NCBI GenBank assembly: GCA_033442325.1 | Contig: JAWQFM010000018.1 | Coordinates: 124,001 to 188,000 of the forward strand | DNA: 64,000 nt | Reading direction: 5' to 3' | Source: Salpingoeca rosetta | Lineage: Eukaryota > Protista > Choanoflagellata | Part shown: positions 55,130-64,000 of the stretch, in pieces | Numbering within the stretch: position 1 is the stretch's first letter | How the letters are laid out: each line of letters opens with the position of its first letter | Notes under the pieces: generated by a model | What the model was told of the DNA's origin: nothing | The model's database searches: none | What the model saw: only the letters and a program-made list of their open reading frames with translations | Position numbers and translations under genes: made by a program

Positions 55130-56372
55130 ACCCTCCAACCACAAGTGTTGCACCTCCTCCACCGTGTTCGTATCGTCTTGGAATTCCGTCGTGCCTTTTA
55201 TCGCCCGTCCGTTGTCTCTACCCGTCTCGTCTCCCATCTTCTCCCAACAGCGACAGCAACAACGTCCCACCAGATGTGAAGATGTGCAGCTTCCGCGTGA
55301 TGCTCCAACCACGACAACGGCAGCGACAGCAACACCACCACCAGTTTCAGTTACCTGCGCATTGCTGGTGCGGTGCGGCGAGTGACCCAGCGTGGCAAGT
55401 TTGCCTGGATGTTCGTTCATTCATCATAACTCGCTTTCGTTGCGGCGCTTGCAATGTCGATGCTATTGCTGCGTGTGTTTGATTTCGCGTGTGCACTCTC
55501 AGTGTGTGTTCTTCGTTGTTGTCTTTAGTTGTCAGGATGGGTGTCTTTCCTTGTGTCAGCTCTCTCCTTGTGTGTCCATCTTTCCCAAATTGCTGGTTTC
55601 CCCTTTGCCCCCCCCTTCCCCCTGTTTCCTTTTCTGTATGGCTTGACGTCTTTTTGTTTGTGCTTGAGCTGTGTCTTGCGCGTTGCTCGCCACGCTTTGC
55701 GTGTGCGTGTGATGCGTATGTCACATTTGTCCCTTTTGCTTACTGCCCTCTCTGGCGTGCGTGTGAAGTGTCGCTTTCTCTTTTCACTGCACGGCTGTGC
55801 TCGTTGCGTGTGTGGTTGATTGTGATGATTTGTCTCTCAAGTGTGCGTGTGTGCGTGTGTGTTCATGCATGTGACCCATGGTTCCCACACATCGTGTCTG
55901 TTCCCCCTTTCCCCTTTTGTTCCTGCTTGCTTGGTTAGCCCACCGTGATCACCTTTCATCTCGTGTGAACACATGTGCGTCGTGTGTTGTTGTTGTTGTT
56001 GTTGTTGTTGTCGTCGTTGTTTGGCACTGTGTTGCTGGGAGCACGTGCGTGTACAGGTGAACGTGCGTGCGTGTGCATGTGTGCGCGCGTGTGCGTGTGT
56101 GCGTGTGTGTGTGTCGAGCTCAACTCTTTAAAAAAAGCGTTTATCTGTCACTGGTCGGTTGCAGCAAGCGAGACGCGATGGTGGGTGTGCGTGTGTGCGG
56201 AGAAGGGCAGGAAGCGCAGTCAACAAATGGAGGGCTGAAACTGCAACGCCGTACACGATGCTGGCAAGCGACAAAGAAACATGGAAGCACTCGTGACACA
56301 TCAAAGGGCAGGCATACAGACGGATAGGCAGGCAGATAGGCAGGTATTGATCAGCAACACGGGTGGTGGTGG

Positions 56373-56596
56373 TCAGAACATGGCTTTGAGGTTGTTTGCA
56401 AGGGCCTTGTTGCCTTTCCTCGCCGAATCCACCTCCCTTTGTTTCAGCTTCTTGTCCAACTCAGCAAGGCCAGGGTCTGGGTTGAGAGAGTGAGTGAGTG
56501 CGTGTGAGCGAGAGAGTGCGTGTGTGTGTGTGAATGTGTGAGACAGTGTGTGTCAGTATGCGTGTGTGTGAGTGAGTGAGTGAGTGTGTGTCAGTA

Positions 56597-56667
<71 letters not shown>

Positions 56668-57012
56668 CCGCGTACCATCTGGGGAGAGTGTCATGGCGTG
56701 GTCCAGGTCGCGACGGCACAGCAGCTGCTTGTTCAGGTGGTAGTACGCCTGAGCACGGCAATTATGGGACATTCCCGTGCATCACGGTGTCGATGAAAGT
56801 CAACGGGGTGGTGGACGTGAACATTGTGGGGGGAGGGGGCAGCGAAGGAGCATGTGGAATGGGATCAAACCGCACGCAAGCACACATACCATTGCATGAA
56901 CAGACAGTCAGGCAGCTAGCGAGGGAGGGGGACAGACACATGCACAGACAGACAGGCAGCCAGCCAGGCAGACAGACAGACACGCACACAGACAGACAGA
57001 CAGACACACACA

Positions 57013-57057
<45 letters not shown>

Positions 57058-57752
57058 AGAGACACAGAGACACAGAGACACAGAGACACACAGACACCGC
57101 GCACCTTGGCGCGACGCATGAATGCTTTGGCGTTGTCTTCAAAGTCCAACACTTCGGTGCAGAGCTCAATCACGCGGGCCCAGTTGCCCTTCTTCAGATG
57201 GCACACTAGCAGGGGATATGCAAGGCATGTCAAAACCACAGCGTGAGCAGTGCTTGAAGAGGGAAGCGCACCAGCTGATGCTGCAGAGTGGCGCTAAAGA
57301 GGCTTGACTATGAAGAAGAGAGCGGCGGGAGCCACAAGGCCAAAGCTGCGGCACTGTCGTTCGCCTGTGTAACAAGAATGTGGTGCACGAGAGCAAGGCA
57401 GGGCCAGGGCATTGGCGGTGGTCGCACCTGAGAGGTTGTTGACAACAGGGACGTGTGCAGCACACACTTTCTTCTGCAAAGGCGACATCCGAGCGCTTCG
57501 CTCTTCAAAGTCGTCCTCACTCCGCTTCCTTTGTATGGGGGTTGTCGCCTTCACGGCCAGCCGTGTGTGCAAGTGTGCCTGCAGGTCGAAGGCATGCACC
57601 ATGCCACGCACAAGCATGTGATGAGCGATAGCATGGCGAGAACATGGGCACGAATGCAGGGAAGCGCGCAGACAGCCATGCAGTCAGACAGGCGAGCAGG
57701 CAGACACACATACACACACATATGCACTGCCTCGTCGACACATTCCCTCATC

Positions 57753-57819
<67 letters not shown>

Positions 57820-57999
57820 AAAGGCGCGCACCATATGATATGACCGCAAGGCCTTCTTCATGTCGCCCGCCTTCAGCGCCTCGTTGCCGGCATTCTTGAA
57901 CACCTCTGCTTTCCTCAGTTGCTCCAAGGCAAGCTCCTCGTTCTCTTTGCTTCCCTGAGTGGCGTCCTGCACGGCACTGAGGCCCTTTGGCTCCGACAT
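56373..57999 (-). CDS. TPR protein, TTC9/FKBP-cyclophilin-40-type three-TPR unit
   Basis: [25 protein letters not shown]; spliced [38 protein letters not shown]|AYYHL...[11 protein letters not shown]; ends ...NNLKAMF*. No PPIase domain. Confidence 0.8.
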
Positions 58000-58183
58000 G
58001 GCTGGCGGTGTGTGGCGGTGGTTGTGGTGATGGTGGGTTGTTTGTTTGTTTGTCTCTTGCTTGCTGCTTGATTGAATCACAACTTGTTCCTGTGTTTACG
58101 ACAGGCATCGTGCGTTGATGGAGAGATTGGGGGAACGAGAGAACTGGGGAGGAGAACAGCGTATGACACCCACTAACAAGCAA

Positions 58184-58266
<83 letters not shown>

Positions 58267-58272
58267 TCAAGA

Positions 58273-58738
58273 TCACTTGGAGAGGGTACGGGCAACCCAG
58301 TCCTTGACAAGCTTGGCCCCCGCCTCGCCCTGCAGGAGGGAGAGAGAGACAGTGTGTGTGTGTGGGGGGGGGGGACAGTGGATGAGGATCAGGAAACATA
58401 ACATGTGTCATGCACAAGAAGACAAGAAGACAAGAAGCAAGAAGACAAGAAGCAAGAAGACAAGAAGACAAGGAGACAAAGACGTCACACACACAGGCAC
58501 ACACACAGGCACACGCACACACACAGATACACACACGCACGCGCAAATGGCATGAGAGCGCACCTGGTCCTTGAGGGAGGTAAGTTCAAAGTCAATCCTG
58601 TTGGGCAGTTGCGAAAACTCAAACTCCTCCGCATCCTGCCGAGTCGTGGTGATGGTGATGGTGATGATAGTGGTGGTGGTGGTGGTGTGGAAGCAGTGAC
58701 GATAGGCAGTGGGGATGAGCGCACGACTACATTTAAAT

Positions 58739-58783
<45 letters not shown>

Positions 58784-60475
58784 AACAAACAAACAGCACA
58801 CCTTTGAGCCAAGAAAGACTGCTGCGCCCTCTGCTTCGTCCAGACCAGCCACATCAGCACTTTTGCCATGACCATGCGAGCAAGGGGTGTGGATGAGCAA
58901 CGAACAGAAGCAAGTCCCATCTGTGTGTATGCACAAGCGTGTGCGCCGGTTGGCTACCTTCTGGTCTGTCTGATTTGTGTGAATTCGTTCTGCAGTTTCT
59001 GCACAATGCGCTCAACCTTTCGCGGCGCCGTCACCACATCCTGCATATCAACACAGACTTGAGGTGAGCACTGCTGGAGGAACGAGATATTGTACAGCTC
59101 TTGTCATAGAACACGTGCGTACGCATACGGATGGGCACACACACATATGTACGTACACACGCATGTGCACACATGCACGCACACACACACATGCACACAT
59201 ACACACACACACACACACACGCACACGCACATGTACGTACACACGCGCACACACACACACATGCACACACATGCACACACATGCACACACGCACACACAA
59301 GACAGACACTCAAAACGAACCTGCTTGTTGCAGAGGACAAGAACCGGCATGGCCTTCATGTCTTTGCTTGCAAGCACATCGTAGAGAAACTCGGCCACGG
59401 GGCGGGCGCCACGCAGCACTGTGGACGAGTCAAGCACATACACACACGCCGCACAGGACGCCGCAGACTCCCCAAGATATGTGCTGCCCATGGGATTGTG
59501 GCAGCACCAGCGCAGGCACACGCGGCACAGTCGGTGAGTGCGCGTGCACACATGACATTGTGAAATTGAAGAGCCAAAAGCACTTCAAACGCCAAACACA
59601 CGCACGGTGCATGTGCTCACCCTCGAAGTCGCTCGTGGCCTGGGATGTCCTTCACCTTGAGCGACTGCAGAGCAGACAAGGCGGAAGGAAGTCATGAGGT
59701 GTGTGAGGTTGGTTCCAATAGCATGCTCCCCCCCCTGTATGCGTACGCGACGGTTTGCTGTGACAACACACACTGCGCGCACCTGGTTGATGGAGGTGTC
59801 GAGCTCCAATGCAGCCTCGTTCGGCTTCAGCGATGTCTGGGTCGGCATTGCTTGCCCCGTCGTGAGCTGCAGTCGTTGTGATTGGGACGCAAAGATGAGC
59901 AATGCGATGCAAAGACACATGAAGACAAACCGGCCTACAACACAACCTGTGGCACCCATCAAACCCAGACGACAACGCTGTGGACGCACCAGGGAAAACA
60001 GCGTTGTTTTTCCCGTGCCAAGGGGACCCACAAGCAGGACAGTATCTCGCTTTGCCTTTGCTTTTCCTCGCAACAGGAACACCACCACTGGAATGGAACA
60101 AGGCACGCACATGTGAGGGCATGCAAACACGGCACTGCTTGCTCAGACTTACAAGCGGAGCACACAGGGACAAGCAGAGGTGGGGAGATAGAGGGAGAGT
60201 GGGGCAGAGAAACAGATGTGGGGGAAATCGACACACGTGCGCTCGCACAGGAACAGATACACACACACAGACAGACACGCACGCACACAGGCACACACAG
60301 ACACACACAGACACACATCGCAGACACACCACAGACAGACATGCACACACACACAGACACACACATCACAGAGTGCCGTACCGACTGCCAAGATGCCGAG
60401 GACGGCCAGACCCAGCAAGGCAAAGAACATCATGTCATCCTCCACCACTCCACCAGCTCCATCCATCTTTGTCAT
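58273..60475 (-). CDS. SRPRB: Signal recognition particle receptor beta subunit
   Basis: N-terminal TM ([15 protein letters not shown]...VVFLL); [15 protein letters not shown] (P-loop); TQTSLKPN; DIPGHERLR; VYVLDSS...VAEFLYDVL...PVLVLCNKQ; [12 protein letters not shown]; ends DWVARTLSK*. Alternative ATG at 60466. Confidence 0.93.
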
Positions 60476-60554
60476 CTCCTCTCGCTCGTTGCTGCGGTGT
60501 GTGGCACTCAAAGTTGTGAAAAATAGTGGAAAATATTGCCACTTATCGGCGGTT
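60476..60554. promoter_or_regulatory. Very short divergent intergenic segment between SRPRB and RPP21
   Basis: 79 bp between opposite-strand ATGs; AT-rich core TGAAAAATAGTGGAAAATATT. Confidence 0.6.
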
Positions 60555-61208
60555 ATGGCGGCGAAGAACTCGGATGCGTTTGCTCGCATCAACTTCCTCA
60601 TGCAGGTGAGTGAGTGTGTGTGTCTGTGTGTGTGTGAATGTGCGTGCGTGCGTGCGTGCGTATGTGTGATTGAGTTCGCGGCACAACACATCAATGCACA
60701 CTACAATGGCTGCCTGGACATAACCGCTTCCCAGCTGACCCTGACACTGGTGTAAGTGTAACCACTGTTGCTCACACACCACTGCTCACACACCACTGCT
60801 CACACACTACCTCTCACACACTGCCTCGCTGCATCCAAGGCGTCTGCGCTTGCCCTGTCAAAGTTCCCGCAGTCGAAAGAGCTCTCTCGCTTCTACACCA
60901 CACATGCCACGCAAATTGCCCAGAAGAAAGTGCTTCGCTTGTAAGTGTGTGCATGTGTGTGTATTTGTGTGTGTGTGAGGACGGAGGTGACTCAACGGTT
61001 CGTGCTGTTGCCCACGTCCGGTTGAGGGCGTTGTTTGCGGTTGTCCTCCGCTGCATTGCTGTGGGTTCACACGCACGTGGTTTGCCCTTTTCGCGCCCTT
61101 GCCAACACCCTGCCAGGCACAAGAGCATGAAACGGTCCATCTGCAAGAAGTGCTCCACGTTGCTCCGACCCGGTGTCACGGCTCGTGTCCGCACAGCCCG
61201 TAAGTGAC

Positions 61209-61306
<98 letters not shown>

Positions 61307-61365
61307 CGTGTGTGTGTGTGTGTGAATGTGTGTGTGTGTGTGTGTGTGAGTGTGTCTGTGCCTGT

Positions 61366-61439
<74 letters not shown>

Positions 61440-61694
61440 CGTGCTTGACTTTGGATACAGGTGTCATCAATCAAACAGTCACTCTACTGCCGTTGAAATT
61501 CATTGATGTTTTCGCTCACGTGCTGGTTTCTGCATCACTGTCTTCCTGTGTCCAACAACACAAACACACGCGTTTTTTCAGCTCGTCGCGAGAAGCACGT
61601 TATTGTGACCTGCTTATACTGCGGGAATATGAAGCGGTTCCATTGTTCCACAGTCAACAAGTGGAACAACACGGACACCTTCGTTAGCTCCTAG
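60555..61694 (+). CDS. RPP21: RNase P protein subunit Rpp21/Rpr2
   Basis: MAAKNSDAFARINFLMQ|ASAL...LSRFYTTHATQIAQKKVLRL|HKSMKRSICKKCSTLLRPGVTARVR...|...HVIVTCLYCGNMKRF; two CxxC zinc-ribbon pairs. Confidence 0.93.
61212..61436. repeat. Compound (GT)n then (CT)n microsatellite in RPP21 intron; representative of dozens of (CA/GT)n tracts in introns across the window
   Basis: Visible directly. Confidence 0.95.
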
Positions 61695-61715
61695 ACCTTT
61701 TCGCACTGCAACCCC

Positions 61716-61785
<70 letters not shown>

Positions 61786-62232
61786 ACATCCCTCTGCGCA
61801 CCGTGTACACATGATATCGATAGGTGAACGCCAATAAACGGCCTTGTATTGAAGATGGGATGAGCAAGTGGGAAATGCAACGAAACTAAAAGTGGAGATC
61901 TGAGCAATAGTACAAGTGACCGAGGTCAAGAAGAGGCAAGGAAGGGGGGGGGGCAGAGAAGCCAGCAAGCAAGCATGCCAAGAGACGGCTGGTATGGACA
62001 ACAGTGCACGTCAACACGTGAACATGTGATGTGACTTGCGCATGGGCGCCACGACACAACAGCGAACGCCATTTGGTGTGTGGATCAACATCATGGAAGC
62101 ATGTCCAACAAAGGTGCACGTGCGCACACGTACAAGCGAGCAACCAGGGCGGGGTAGTGCGTAGCTCAAACACACGCGCACGCATGCACATGCACATGCA
62201 CATGCACATGCACACACGCACACACAGATCGG

Positions 62233-64000
62233 CTACTCTTGTTGCGATGGGTAGTGCTGAGGTGCGCGCGGGGGCGAGGATGATGATGCAGAAGGCGGCA
62301 GGAACGACACGGCTGATGTCGTGGTGACAGCTGCGTTGGCCGTGGGTGAAGGTCTCATGTGCAATGCCGCCACCTGCTTCATGAGCTGCTGCGGGTCCAT
62401 CCCAGGCTCCATCTCAACCTCCATCCCATCTTGCCCCGTCATTGGCGCCGTCGTTGTTGTTGGTGTCGTCGCTGTTGGCGGTGTGAGCATGGACTTGTCG
62501 ACACCAACCACGCGCATCTGCGTGGCTGTGGTCGCGTCCTCCCTTCCATCATCATCATCGTCACCAGCGGTGGCTGTCGCCATCATCATCTTCATCTTCA
62601 TCTTCATCTTCATCAGCATCGCATCCTTTGCTGTCGCCGCAACAAGGCCACCGCGATGGAGCTCTGGCTCTTGTTGGCCACGATGATGACGATGGTGACG
62701 ATGGGTGCGTGTTCGCCACACCTGCCGCAGCGCTCGCTGGTGCACGGCGGTGGCGGCCTCGTCGGTGTCGGTGGCCGGCTGCTGTGGAACAGAAACAATG
62801 CAGCGCAGGAACTGCACGCCCGTTGTCGTGTTGAGCAGCACCATCAGGTCCCGTTCGCGCACAGATGCGCGCAGCACCGCCAGTGACACGCCCGTCACGT
62901 CGGCCGGTGGGAGGTGGAAGTCCTGCAGAACACGCGCGCGCCAGCCGCTGTCCACGTGATACACACGCAGCAGCGCTGCCCGGGCGCGGGCCGGCTGTGT
63001 CGATGGTGGTGATGTCGATGGTGGTGAGGTCACATCGTCACCGTGATCCATGCCATCACCACCACCACCACCACTGCCAACACCACCACTGCCACCGCCC
63101 TCATCACCATCACCGTCATCGTCATCGCCATTGTCGCGATCGTGGCTGCCACTGGGTGCGCGGAAGAGCGCGGCGACGAAGCGGCCACATGGCGACAGCA
63201 CCGGCGGATATGCAAGCAGTCGCTGCTCCGCCCGCGTCAGTTCGTGGTGGCACAGCAGCGAGCCCACCGCAAGGCTGGGTGCGGTGGTGGTCGTGCTGAT
63301 GCTGGTGGTCATGGTGGTGGCGCTTGTGAGGGAGGGGGACTTGCGGCTGTGGAAGGTAGCGGGTGTCGGGTGCATGTGGTGCATGTGGTGTTGTGGGTCT
63401 GAGGTCGGAATGCCTGAACGGTTGCGGTGATGATTGTCCTGCTCGCGGTCCTCGTCCTCAGATTCATCATCGTCATCGTCATTGAGTGCGCTGCCATGAA
63501 GTTGAGCAACGACATCATCCTCCTCATCGTATTCGTCCTCGCTCGAATCATCCATCGCATCCACGTCATCACCTTCACCGCCAGCAACACCACCAAAGGC
63601 AGCGTCACGGCGGCTGACAATGGTGGCGTCGTCAACAACGTCCAGCATGGTGTGCGCGTGGGGCGTGCTGCCATGGCATGCGTTGATGCTGCAGTACGAA
63701 AACCCGCGCATGGTGCTCTGAAACAAAACGCCCATCAGTCCTCGCCTTGCATCTTCTTCCATCGCACCCTGCGCCACAACATCGGCGGTGGTCGGTAGAA
63801 TTGATGCGTGGAACTTCCTCATCCTCGCCCCACCAGCATCCTCACCATCGACACCATCATCATCGACACCATCATCATCAACAACAACACCAGCACGGTC
63901 GAGGTGGTGATCGGGAAGCACAGGCTGCAGTGCCAGCGGCGGTGCGCGTGCACATGTGCCACCAAGCGCTGCGATGGTGACACAGCCACGCTCTTCCTCA
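62233..64000 (-). CDS. Hypothetical protein, low-complexity-rich, 5' end outside window
   Basis: Open frame of more than 560 codons with acidic, His-rich and Thr-rich tracts separating beta-strand-like blocks (VLSPCGRFVAALF, LLRVYHVDSGW, LMVLLNTTTGVQFL). Family not recognised. Confidence 0.6.
   Translation of the reverse strand, partial: EEERGCVTIAALGGTCARAPPLALQPVLPDHHLDRAGVVVDDDGVDDDGVDGEDAGGARMRKFHASILPTTADVVAQGAMEEDARRGLMGVLFQSTMRGFSYCSINACHGSTPHAHTMLDVVDDATIVSRRDAAFGGVAGGEGDDVDAMDDSSEDEYDEEDDVVAQLHGSALNDDDDDESEDEDREQDNHHRNRSGIPTSDPQHHMHHMHPTPATFHSRKSPSLTSATTMTTSISTTTTAPSLAVGSLLCHHELTRAEQRLLAYPPVLSPCGRFVAALFRAPSGSHDRDNGDDDDGDGDEGGGSGGVGSGGGGGDGMDHGDDVTSPPSTSPPSTQPARARAALLRVYHVDSGWRARVLQDFHLPPADVTGVSLAVLRASVRERDLMVLLNTTTGVQFLRCIVSVPQQPATDTDEAATAVHQRALRQVWRTRTHRHHRHHRGQQEPELHRGGLVAATAKDAMLMKMKMKMKMMMATATAGDDDDDGREDATTATQMRVVGVDKSMLTPPTATTPTTTTAPMTGQDGMEVEMEPGMDPQQLMKQVAALHMRPSPTANAAVTTTSAVSFLPPSASSSSPPRAPQHYPSQQE

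Overview
This is eukaryotic, intron-dense genomic DNA with GT-AG introns full of (CA/GT)n microsatellites and two N gaps. Gene content and style point to a choanoflagellate, probably Salpingoeca rosetta (inference). Housekeeping genes: ORC3 (5'-truncated, +), a coiled-coil protein (+), TBCE (+), PRPF18 (-), CDC42 (+), a TTC9-like TPR protein (-), SRPRB (-), RPP21 (+) and an unknown low-complexity protein (-, 5'-truncated). The window is dominated by one giant minus-strand gene (~7,705-43,891, roughly 11,500 codons) of the cadherin+cohesin ('coherin') type. It encodes EGF/Sushi modules, ~36 cadherin repeats, a receptor-L domain, TSP3, two TMEM132-like/Big/cohesin/dockerin blocks, Ser/Thr mucin tracts, SEA domains, a CBM-like domain, furin-like Cys repeats and three LamG domains, with no visible transmembrane helix. 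Main observations: (1) both classical cohesins are separated from their downstream dockerin by R-X-R-R convertase sites, suggesting a cleave-and-reassemble, cellulosome-like matrix scaffold; (2) the cadherin array has a strict 4-repeat cysteine periodicity; (3) about 8 frameshifts and one in-frame TAA are confined to the 5' 7.5 kb of the gene while the next 21 kb is open; (4) the last coding exons of TBCE and PRPF18 overlap antisense by 52 bp; (5) the SRPRB and RPP21 start codons are only ~80 bp apart. Domain calls come from motif recognition by eye; no database searches were run.
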